From assembly GCA_963749735.1 (NCBI GenBank), contig CAVVNZ010000012.1, forward strand, positions 12,555 to 76,554: 64,000 bases of DNA, read 5' to 3'. The DNA comes from an uncultured Chloroflexia bacterium. Its GTDB lineage: Bacteria; Chloroflexota; Limnocylindria; Limnocylindrales; CSP1-4. Positions 39,026-47,663 of the stretch are shown here, piece after piece. How positions within the stretch are numbered: the stretch's first letter is position 1; the number at the start of each line of letters is the position of its first letter. The notes under the pieces are model-generated. The model made no database searches. It saw only the letters and a program-made list of their open reading frames with translations, and was not told the DNA's origin. The position numbers and the translations under genes are program-made.

Positions 39026-42000
39026 GTGATCTGCGCCGCGTGCGGGACGGAGAACAAGCCCGGGCGGCGGTTCTGCGCCGAGTGCGGCGCGAGCCTGGCG
39101 GTCGGCTGCCCGTCGTGCGGCGCCCCGTTCGAGCCTGGCGAGAAATTCTGCGGCACCTGCGGCACCCCACTGACCGCCGAAGCGCCGACGACCCGCAGCG
39201 ACCCGCCCAGCGCACCCGCAACGGCCACCGAGCGCCGGCTGGTGTCCGTGCTCTTCGCCGACCTCGTGGGCTTCACGCCGTTCGCGGAGCAGCGCGACGC
39301 GGAGGACGTCCGCGCCACCCTGGACCGCTATTTCGCGCTTGCGACGGACGTCATCGGCCGCTATGGCGGCACGGTGGAGAAGTTCATCGGCGATGCCGTC
39401 ATGGCCGTCTGGGGCACGCCGACGGCCCACGAGGACGACGCCGAACGGGCGGTGCGCGCGGGGCTTGAACTGGTCGATGCCGTCCGGGTGCTCGCGGACG
39501 GCATCCAGGCTCGCGCGGGCATCCTGACCGGCGAAGCGGCCGTGACCATCGGGGCCACCAACCAGGGCCTGGTCGCCGGCGATCTGGTCAACACCGCCAG
39601 CCGCCTGCAATCGGCGGCGGAGCCCGGCACGGTGCTCGTGGGTGAGGCGACCCAGCGGGCGGCGGCAAAGGCCATCGCCTTCGAACCGGCCGGACGAGCA
39701 GGCGCTGAAGGGCAAGGCCAGCCCCGTGCCGGCCTGGCGGGCCCTGCGGGTCGTCGCCCAGGTCGGCGGCCGCAACCGCGCCGATGCGCTGGAGGCGCCC
39801 TTCGTGGGCCGCGACGACGAGCTGCGCCTGCTCAAGGATCTCTTCCACGCCACCACCCGCGAGGGGCGGGCCCGCCTCGTCTCGGTCATCGGCCCGGCCG
39901 GCATCGGCAAGACGCGGCTGGCCTGGGAGTTCCTCAAGTACATCGATGGCCTGGTCGAGCTCGCGTGGTGGCACGAGGGCCGCAGCCCCGCGTACGGCGA
40001 AGGCGTCACGTTCTGGGCCCTGGGCGAGATGGTCCGACGCCGGGCGGGCCTGCTGGAGACCGACGACGAGACCACGACCCGCGCCAAGATCGCCGCGACC
40101 ATCACCGAGCACGTGCCCGACGCCGACGATCAGCGCTGGATCGAGTCGGCCCTGCTGACGCTCCTGGGCATCGAGGCCGGCGGGGCCTCCGACCAACTGT
40201 TCGGCGCGTGGCGCACGTTCTTCGAACGGCTCGCCGCCAAGGCGCCCGTGGTCATGGTCTTCGAGGACTACCACTACGCCGACCCGGGCTTGCTCGACTT
40301 CGTGGACCACCTGATGGAGTGGAGTCGGACCGTCCCGATCTACGTCGTTACGCTTTCGCGCCCCGAGCTCCTCGACAAGCGACCGGCATGGGGTGCCGGC
40401 AAGCGCAACTTCGTCAACGTCAACCTGGAACCGCTGCCCGAACCGGCCATGCGGGCCCTCCTCGCCGGACTGGTCCCTGGCCTGCCGGAACGGGCGGTCA
40501 AGGCCATCGTGGCCCGTGCCGACGGCGTCCCGCTGTACGCGGTCGAGACGGTGCGCATGCTCCTGGCGGAGAACAAGCTGGTCCTGGAGGGCAACGCCTA
40601 CCGGCCGACGGGCGACCTCGCGGGACTCGCCGTGCCCGAGACCCTCACGGCGCTCATCGGCTCGCGCCTCGACAGCCTCGCCCCGGCCGATCGCGCCCTG
40701 ATCCAGGATGCCGCCGCATACGGGCAGAGCTTCACGCTCGCCGGCCTCGCCGCCGTGTCGAGCACGGAGGAGGCCGAGCTCGAGCCCCGGCTGACACGCC
40801 TTGTCCGCGCCGAGCTGCTGACGTTGACGGCCGATGCGCGCAGTCCCGAGCGGGGCCAGTACGCCTTCGTCCAGGCACTCATCCGCGAGGTGGCCTACAA
40901 CACGCTGAGCAAGCCCGCCCGCAAGACCAGGCACCTGGCAGCGGCCCGCTACTTGGAGTCGCTGGGGTCGGACGAGCTAGCGGGCGCGCTGGCCGGGCAT
41001 TACCTGGCGGCCTTCGCCAGCGCTTCCCCCGGCGCGGAGGCGGGGGTCCTCGAGGCGCAGGCCCGCATCGCCCTCGGCGCCGCGGCCGAGCGGGCGGCCG
41101 CCCTCGGTGCCCACGAACAGGCCGCCGCGTTCCTCGAGCAGGCCATGACCGTGACGCACGATGAGGGCGAGCGGGCCGAACTGCTGGAGCGGATCGGCGA
41201 GCACGCTGGGGACGCCGGCCGACCGGACCGGGCAGAGCAGGCGCTGCGGCATGCGCTCGCGATGCACCAGGCTGCGGGCGACCGATCCGCCGCCGCCCGC
41301 GTCAGTGCCGCGCTCGCAGGCGTCCTGCTGGATGTGCACGTGAGCGACAGACTGGTCGAGGAGGTCGAGGGCCTGGCGGCGGAGTTCGCCGACATGCCAT
41401 CCGATCCGGGCGTCGTCGCCCTCAATGGTCAACTGGCCCGCGCGCTCTTCCTGATGCGGGGTGACCTCGAGAGCCTGGTGGTCGCGGATCGCGTCCTCGA
41501 GGCGGCGGAGCGCCTGGACCTGGCGGCCGTGATCGCCGACACCCTGATCACCAAGGGGTCGGCGCTGGCCTCTGTCGGTCGGGTCTACGAAGGCATGGGG
41601 GTCCTCGATGCCGGTGTGCGGCTGGCCGACCAGCGCGGGTTGTTCGCGACCGCATTGCGCGGGCGCATCAACGTGAACTACTTCGCGAGTTCGCGAGAGC
41701 CGGTGGTCGCCATGAAGGTCATTCGGGAAGCCCTGCGCGACGCTCGCCGGCTCGGGCAGCGCGGGAAGATCCCGAACCTCGTCACCAACCTCGCCGGGAC
41801 CGCGGCATTCACCGGCGAGTCCGACCTGGCCCTGGCCGAGATCGACGCCGAGCTGGCCATGGATCCCGATCCGGCGAGCCGAGCGTGGCTCGTCGGCGCC
41901 GCAGCACTCCATCACTGCCTGCGCGGCGATCCAGTCGACGCGATGATGGCGGAGCTGAAGGACGACCTGCACGGAGTGACCGACCCGCAGTTCGTCGCGT

Positions 42001-42524
42001 TTGTCGGCATCGTCCGGGGTATGCGGGCGTTCGCCGCCGGCGACTATGGCCAGGCTCGCGCCGAAGTGCTCGGTGCCGTGCGCATCGACAAGTCACGCGC
42101 CGCCGTAGCTCTCGCGTGGGCCGGCCGCTATGCACTCTTTGCCGCCGACCTGCGGGCGGCCAGCGAGGATCGCGAGGCGTTTGCGGCGTTGGGCCGGCGG
42201 GGGGCCGCGGCTGACGCCCGCCTGCGCGAGATCGACGCGGGCATCGCTGCGCTCGAGGGCCGAAGTGCGACCGCCATCGACCTCTACGCTCAGTCCATCG
42301 CCCTTTGGAGCGAGCTCGGGATGCCCTTCGACGGGGCGATCACGGGCCTGGAGATGGTCACCCGGCTTGACCCGACCGAACCTCGCGTACGGGCGGCGGG
42401 TGTGGCCGCTCGAACGACCCTGGTCCAGCTCGGGGCGACGCCGTTCCTTCCCCGCCTTGAGTCCGCCCTGGCGCGCAACGAGGTTCGGCCGGTGACCACC
42501 CCTGCCGCTGTGCCGACCCGCTGA
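39026..42524 (+). pseudogene. Double zinc ribbon / class III adenylate-guanylate cyclase / AAA (STAND-type) ATPase / TPR protein, with one extra nucleotide near 39692-39696
   Basis: GTG at 39026 after an AAGGAG RBS. CAACGTEN..CAECG..CPSCG..CGTCG; cyclase motifs VLFADLVGFT and FIGDAVMAVWG. The frame changes after AIAFEPAG, and sensible sequence resumes as (D)EQALKGKASPVPAWRAL in ORF 39642..42524, with VSVIGPAGIGKTRLA and VMVFEDYHYAD. The span is 3n+1 nt. Confidence 0.75.
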
Positions 42525-42556
42525 TCAAACGGGGCACCGGTCGCGGCGATGCCGAC

Positions 42557-42643
42557 CCAGTCCGCGCCGATCGACGTCTGGCTCGACCTGCTGTTCGGCG
42601 CCACGCGCTGAGATCGAGCTCCGACGCCGCCCGTCGCCGACGG
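42557..42643. repeat. Direct repeat copy 2 (relic of the ftsB-like 3' end), about 100 nt upstream of tRNA-Met
   Basis: It contains the relic frame MPTQSAPIDVWLDLLFGATR-stop (42549-42611), compared with the functional ...TAPIDVWLDLLFGPTR-stop in copy 1. The offset between copies is 3793 nt. Confidence 0.8.
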
Positions 42644-42712
42644 TTGCCGCTCCGCGCGAGCCTCGATATCCTGAGGGTGCCGCGACCCGCGACGGATCGT
42701 CGGCGAACGCGT

Positions 42713-42787
42713 GGCGGAGTAGCTCAGTGGTAGAGCAGGGGACTCATAAGCCCTTGGTCGGTGGTTCAAATCCGCCCTCCGCTACCA
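42713..42787 (+). tRNA. tRNA with anticodon CAT (Met; a lysidine-modified Ile2 cannot be excluded from sequence alone)
   Basis: Cloverleaf read by eye: GGCGGAG-TA-GCTC-AGTGGTA-GAGC-A-GGGGA-CTCATAA-GCCCT-TGGTC-GGTGG-TTCAAAT-CCGCC-CTCCGCT-A-CCA. There is no C1:A72 mismatch, so it is not an initiator type. Confidence 0.9.
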
Positions 42788-42907
42788 ACCCCTCATCGTC
42801 CGTCCCGGGCGTCGTCGCACCCCCGTCGATCCGGCGGACCGTCCGGGCCGTACAGATGGACGAGCGGCGGTAGCCATCGGTCATCGGGTCATCCCGGGAC
42901 CGAGCGC

Positions 42908-42913
42908 TATACT
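42908..42913 (+). promoter_or_regulatory. Candidate -10 element TATACT upstream of ftsH
   Basis: TATACT lies about 60 nt upstream of the TTG start. No convincing -35 element. Confidence 0.3.
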
Positions 42914-42973
42914 CGCCGCACGGCCGACGCGTCGAGCGTCGGTCAGTCCCGCTCGATCCGGAGGCCATCCTTC

Positions 42974-44896
42974 TTGAACGCGAAGTTCGCCCGGAACGGG
43001 ATCGTGATGCTTGTCCTGATCGTCGGGACGCTCGCGCTCCTGTGGACCTGGCTCAGCAGCAGCACCCCCAGCACCCAAGTCGGCTATTCCCAGTTCCTGT
43101 CCGATGTCGCGGCCGGCAAGGTCAAATCGGTCGAACAACAGCAGGAGACCCTGACGGTCACCAAGGCAGACGGGAACGAGACCTATACGGTCACCGTCCC
43201 GAGTCTGCTGACGGTGGTCTACCCGACCGACATGCAGGCCGCGGCGAAGACGACCGGCCTGACCCTCCCGACCGACATCTACAAGGCGAAGCCCGTGCCG
43301 GATACCTCGTGGCTCGGGATCCTGATCACCGGCCTCCTGCCGTTGATCGTGATCGTCGGCTTCATCCTGTTCATGATGCGGCAGGCCCAGGGCACCAATA
43401 ACCAGGCGATGAGCTTCGGCAAGAGCCGGGCCCGGATGTTCCTCGGCAACAAGACCGTCGTGACATTCAACGACGTCGCCGGCGTCGACGAGGCGAAGAC
43501 CGAGCTCCAGGAAGTCGTCGAGTTCCTGAAGTACCCCGAGAAGTTCAACTCGCTCGGCGCGCGCATCCCGCGTGGCGTCCTGCTGGTCGGTCCTCCGGGC
43601 ACCGGCAAGACCCTGATGGCCCGAGCGGTCGCCGGCGAGGCCGGGGTCCCGTTCTTCTCGATCTCGGGCTCCGAGTTCGTCGAGATGTTCGTCGGTGTCG
43701 GTGCCAGCCGCGTCCGCGACCTGTTCGACCAGGCCAAGCGGAACAGCCCGTGCATCGTCTTCGTCGACGAGATCGATGCGGTCGGTCGCCAGCGCGGCGC
43801 CGGTCTCGGCGGCTCGCACGACGAGCGTGAGCAGACCCTCAACCAGATCCTGGTCGAGATGGACGGGTTCGACACCAACACGAACGTCATCGTCGTGGCC
43901 GCCACCAACCGACCCGACGTCCTCGACCCGGCGCTGCTCCGCCCCGGTCGGTTCGACCGCCAGGTCATCCTCGATCGCCCGGACATCCGTGGCCGGACGG
44001 CGATCCTCAACGTCCACACCAAGGGCAAGCCGCTCGACAAGTCGGTCGACGTCGAGGGCATCGCCAAGCAGTCGCCCGGCTTCTCGGGCGCCGACCTGGC
44101 GAACCTCGTCAACGAGGCCGCCATCCTGTCGGCGCGTCGGAACAAGAAGCTGATCGGGATGTCCGAGTTCCAGGAGGCGCTCGAGCGGATCGTCGCCGGC
44201 CCGGAGCGGCGCAGCCGGGTGATCAGCGATGCCGAGAAGAAGATCATCGCCTTCCACGAGGGCGGCCACGCCGTCGTCATGCGCGTCCTGCCGAAGTGCG
44301 ATCCGGTCCAGAAGGTCACGATCATCAGCCGCGGCATGGCCCTCGGCTACACGATGGGGCTGCCCAGCGAGGACCGCTACCTCAAGAGCAAGACCGAGTT
44401 CGAGGACGAGATCGCCGGCATGCTCGGCGGGAACGCCGCCGAGCGACTCATCTTCGGCGACACGACGACCGGCTCGTCCAACGACATCGAGAAGGCGACC
44501 GACCGGGCCCGGCGGATGGTCACCGAATACGGGATGAGCGACCGGCTCGGGCCGTTGTCGTTCGGCAAGCGCGACGAGCTCGTGTTCCTCGGGCGCGAGA
44601 TCGGCGAGCAGCGGAACTACTCGGACGACGTCGCCAAGACGATCGACGAGGAGGTCCGGGCGATCATCGATCGAGCCTACGAGCGCGCGATGGACACCCT
44701 GATCACCCACCGCTCGAAGCTCGAGGCGCTGGCCGAGAAGCTCGTCGCCGAGGAGACCGTGGACAGCCCCGACTTCGAGGCCCTGTTCAGCGATCTCCCG
44801 CCGAAGGAGAACACCCACGGACTCGCCGCGGAGATCATCGCTCCGGGCGAGACCGATCCAGGACCCACCCCGACCCCGAACCCCGCCCCGATCTGA
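42974..44896 (+). CDS. ftsH: ATP-dependent zinc metalloprotease FtsH
   Basis: TTG at 42974, 9 nt after GGAGG. The longer track ORF from 42761 would overlap the t[39 protein letters not shown] zinc motif; 640 aa. Confidence 0.95.
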   Translation: MNAKFARNGIVMLVLIVGTLALLWTWLSSSTPSTQVGYSQFLSDVAAGKVKSVEQQQETLTVTKADGNETYTVTVPSLLTVVYPTDMQAAAKTTGLTLPTDIYKAKPVPDTSWLGILITGLLPLIVIVGFILFMMRQAQGTNNQAMSFGKSRARMFLGNKTVVTFNDVAGVDEAKTELQEVVEFLKYPEKFNSLGARIPRGVLLVGPPGTGKTLMARAVAGEAGVPFFSISGSEFVEMFVGVGASRVRDLFDQAKRNSPCIVFVDEIDAVGRQRGAGLGGSHDEREQTLNQILVEMDGFDTNTNVIVVAATNRPDVLDPALLRPGRFDRQVILDRPDIRGRTAILNVHTKGKPLDKSVDVEGIAKQSPGFSGADLANLVNEAAILSARRNKKLIGMSEFQEALERIVAGPERRSRVISDAEKKIIAFHEGGHAVVMRVLPKCDPVQKVTIISRGMALGYTMGLPSEDRYLKSKTEFEDEIAGMLGGNAAERLIFGDTTTGSSNDIEKATDRARRMVTEYGMSDRLGPLSFGKRDELVFLGREIGEQRNYSDDVAKTIDEEVRAIIDRAYERAMDTLITHRSKLEALAEKLVAEETVDSPDFEALFSDLPPKENTHGLAAEIIAPGETDPGPTPTPNPAPI

Positions 44897-44926
44897 TCGA
44901 TCGGGGGACGGTCACCCACGACACCG

Positions 44927-44954
44927 GACGAACGGGCCACGCGGCCCGTTCGTC
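44927..44954 (+). terminator. Perfect 12-bp hairpin after ftsH
   Basis: GACGAACGGGCC-ACGC-GGCCCGTTCGTC lies 31 nt after the stop. A weak T-tract (GAATTCTG) follows. Confidence 0.6.
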
Positions 44955-45052
44955 GAATTCTGCGGGCCACCGGCGGGCCCTGCACCGCTCCACTCCGCCG
45001 CCCCGGCCGCCCCGCTACGATCGGACCGCACGAAACGATCCCTGGAGGACGC

Positions 45053-46438
45053 ATGGCTGACATCGAGACCCCCGTCGAGTCGTACCTGGCCGCCGGCCGC
45101 GAGCGGCGGATCGCCACCTTCAGCGACTTCCTGCGGATCCCGAGCGTGTCCGCCGATCCGGCCTTCGCGGCCGACGTCCATCGCGCCGCGGAGTGGCTCG
45201 GCGACCGGCTCCGGACCGCCGGCCTGGAGCACGTCGACGTCTCGGAGACCGGTGGCCACCCGATGGTCTACGCCGATTGGCTCGGTGCCTCCGGTGCGCC
45301 GACGGTCGTCGTCTACGGGCACTACGACGTCCAGCCCCCGGATCCGCTCGGGGAATGGTCGTCGCCCCCGTTCGAGCCGGCCGTGGTCGGGCATCGCATC
45401 CTGGCTCGCGGCGCGAGCGACGACAAGAGCAACATCTCGATCTTCATCGAGGCCGTCCAGGCCCTCCTGGCGACCCGGGGTCGACTGCCGGTGAACCTCA
45501 GGTTCGTGTTCGAGGGCGAGGAGGAGGCGGGCTCCGAGCACCTCGAGGGGTGGCTCGCCGCCAACCGCGAGCGCCTCGGCGGCGACATCGCGATCATCAG
45601 CGACGTCGGCTTCTTCGAGGGCAACCTGCCCGCCCTGACGATCGCGCTCCGCGGGATCATGTCGGCCGAGATCACCGTGACCGGACCGTTCCAGGACGTC
45701 CACTCGGGTGTCTACGGCGGGGCGATCGCCAATCCCGTCAACGCTCTGGCAACGATCATCGCCGCGCTCAAGGGGCCCGACGGCCGGATCCGCGTTCCCG
45801 GCTTCTACGACGATGTGGTGCCCCTGTCCGATGACGATCGCGCCGCGTATGCCGCGCTCCCGTTCGACGACGACGCCTACCGCGAGTTCCTCGGCGTGCC
45901 GGAGCTGGTCGGAGAAGCGGGGCATACGACGCTCGAGCGGAAGAGTGGCCGTCCGACGCTCGACATCAACGGGATCTGGGGCGGCTACCAGGGCGAGGGC
46001 GGCAAGACGATCATCCCCGGTCGGGCCGCCGCGAAGCTCACCTGCCGCCTCGTCCCGAACCAGGATCCGGCCCGGATCTTCGAGGGACTGAAGGCGTTCA
46101 TCGAGGAGATCGCACCACCCGGGGTCCTCGTGCGGGTCGAACCGCAGGGCGGCGGGCATCCGATCCGATCATCGCGCGACCACTGGGCCGTCGACGCGGC
46201 GGCGAAGGCGCTCGAGGACACCTTTGGTCGTCCGCCGCTGTTCATCCGCGAGGGTGGCTCGATCCCGTTCGTGGCGACGTTCGAGCAGGCCCTCGGTCTG
46301 CCGGTGGTCCTGATGGGATTCATGCCGCCGGACGGGAACTTCCACGCCCCCAACGAGTGGATGGACCTCGACAACTTCGAGGGCGGGATCCGCGCCGTGA
46401 TCCGGGTCTTCGACGGGTTCGCCGCGAGCGCGCCATAG
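45053..46438 (+). CDS. M20-family dipeptidase / metallohydrolase
   Basis: GGAGGA RBS. VVVYGHYDVQP, ARGASDDKSN, FEGEEEAGS, and a C-terminal HAPNEW motif. Confidence 0.8.
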   Translation: MADIETPVESYLAAGRERRIATFSDFLRIPSVSADPAFAADVHRAAEWLGDRLRTAGLEHVDVSETGGHPMVYADWLGASGAPTVVVYGHYDVQPPDPLGEWSSPPFEPAVVGHRILARGASDDKSNISIFIEAVQALLATRGRLPVNLRFVFEGEEEAGSEHLEGWLAANRERLGGDIAIISDVGFFEGNLPALTIALRGIMSAEITVTGPFQDVHSGVYGGAIANPVNALATIIAALKGPDGRIRVPGFYDDVVPLSDDDRAAYAALPFDDDAYREFLGVPELVGEAGHTTLERKSGRPTLDINGIWGGYQGEGGKTIIPGRAAAKLTCRLVPNQDPARIFEGLKAFIEEIAPPGVLVRVEPQGGGHPIRSSRDHWAVDAAAKALEDTFGRPPLFIREGGSIPFVATFEQALGLPVVLMGFMPPDGNFHAPNEWMDLDNFEGGIRAVIRVFDGFAASAP

Positions 46439-46494
46439 CCCTTTTGGGTGGGTGGTTATGTGATGAATGGTCGGGTGATGCCGCCCGGACCCGG

Positions 46495-46503
46495 TGCTAG
46501 AGT
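46495..46503 (+). promoter_or_regulatory. Extended -10 element TGCTAGAGT upstream of the DnaB-C-like gene
   Basis: TGc-TAGAGT at 46495-46503. GAGGA RBS at 46524-46528, and ATG at 46539. Confidence 0.4.
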
Positions 46504-46538
46504 CCCGGCAAAGGCATCCCCTAGAGGACCACGACTCG

Positions 46539-47663
46539 ATGACCACCGAGGCAGCCGACACGACCGCCGCCGCTCCCGCCGGAGCCGCTGCTGCACCCGC
46601 CGGGACCGCCGCGGCGCCCAAGGGGACCTGGCGGCTGGACACTCCGAACGGCAGCATGAGCCCGCGCTCGGCGCTCGACGTGCTGGTCGACCTCAACGAC
46701 AAGGTGACCAGCGGCAAGGTCGGGGAGTACCAGCCGGTCCCGCTCGGGTTCACACCGCTCGACAAGACGATCGGCACCGGCCTCCGGGCGGGTGAGCTCC
46801 TCCTGATCGGTGGCGCCCAGGGCACGGGCAAGACGACGATGGCCCTCCAGATGGCCCGCAACGTCGCCTCCGGCGGTCAGGCCAACGTCCTGTACATCTG
46901 CTTCGAGCACGAGGAGCAGTACCTGCTCAATCGACTCATCGCGATGGAGTCCGCGCTGGCGCATCTGCCCCACAAGACCGGGGCGATCAAGATCCAGGAC
47001 GTCCGCAAGGAGATCCTCGGGTCGTGGGTCGCCGAGGGTCAGGGTGCCGCCCAACTGACCAACAACCCGCGTCTCCGGCCGTCCCTCGACCGGATCGCCC
47101 GCTACGGGCAGAGCCTGTTCCTCGTTCGCGGCACGCAGACGACGAGCACGGTCGACAACATCCGCAAGCTCGTCCAGCAGCACCGCGAGCTGTCCGGCGA
47201 TCGGCGCCTGCTGGTCGTCGTCGACTACATGCAGAAGGTGCCGGTCTTCCCGGAGCCGCCGACCGAGTCGGAGAAGGTCACCTACGTCGTCAACGGCCTC
47301 AAGGACGTCGCGCTGTCCGAGGACGTCCCGATGATCTCGATCGTCGCGGCCGACAAGGAGGGCCTCAAGGCCGCCCGGCTGCGCAACCACCACCTGCGTG
47401 GGTCGTCGGCCATCAACTACGAGGCCGACATCATCCTGATCCTCAACGAGAAGTACCAGGTCGTCGCCAAGGTGAACATCGAGTTCAACCCGTATCAGGC
47501 CCAGCGTTTCCGCGACTGGGTCGTGGTCTCGGTGGAGAAGAACCGCGGCGGCCAGGACAACGTCGACGTCGAGTTCGAGAAGCACTTCGAGTTCTCCTGC
47601 TTCGACCCCAACGGGCGGACGGTGCAGGAAAAGCTCATCGAGGAGCGCCTCTACAACGACTGA
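46539..47663 (+). CDS. Stand-alone DnaB-helicase-C-terminal-like (RecA-fold) ATPase with an Ala/Pro-rich N-terminus
   Basis: GFTPLDKTIGTGLRAGELLLIGGAQGTGKTTMALQMA (Walker A), LLVVVDYMQK (Walker B), HLRGSSAINYEADIILIL. There is no DnaB N-terminal domain. N-terminal AAAPAGAAAAPAGTAAAP. Confidence 0.7.
   Translation: MTTEAADTTAAAPAGAAAAPAGTAAAPKGTWRLDTPNGSMSPRSALDVLVDLNDKVTSGKVGEYQPVPLGFTPLDKTIGTGLRAGELLLIGGAQGTGKTTMALQMARNVASGGQANVLYICFEHEEQYLLNRLIAMESALAHLPHKTGAIKIQDVRKEILGSWVAEGQGAAQLTNNPRLRPSLDRIARYGQSLFLVRGTQTTSTVDNIRKLVQQHRELSGDRRLLVVVDYMQKVPVFPEPPTESEKVTYVVNGLKDVALSEDVPMISIVAADKEGLKAARLRNHHLRGSSAINYEADIILILNEKYQVVAKVNIEFNPYQAQRFRDWVVVSVEKNRGGQDNVDVEFEKHFEFSCFDPNGRTVQEKLIEERLYND

Noticed and set aside
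39686-39700. Programmed +1 ribosomal frameshifting as the explanation for the three one-extra-base genes (also 32490-32530 and 50818-50832).
   Set aside because: The three genes are unrelated, with no shared slippery or stall motif at the junctions. None of these families is known to use recoding. Indel error or mutation is far more likely.
42788-42973. Integration hot-spot signature (att core) inside or immediately 3' of the tRNA-Met gene.
   Set aside because: The repeat I found lies upstream of the tRNA and corresponds to the ftsB-like 3' end. I saw no duplication of the tRNA 3' half downstream.
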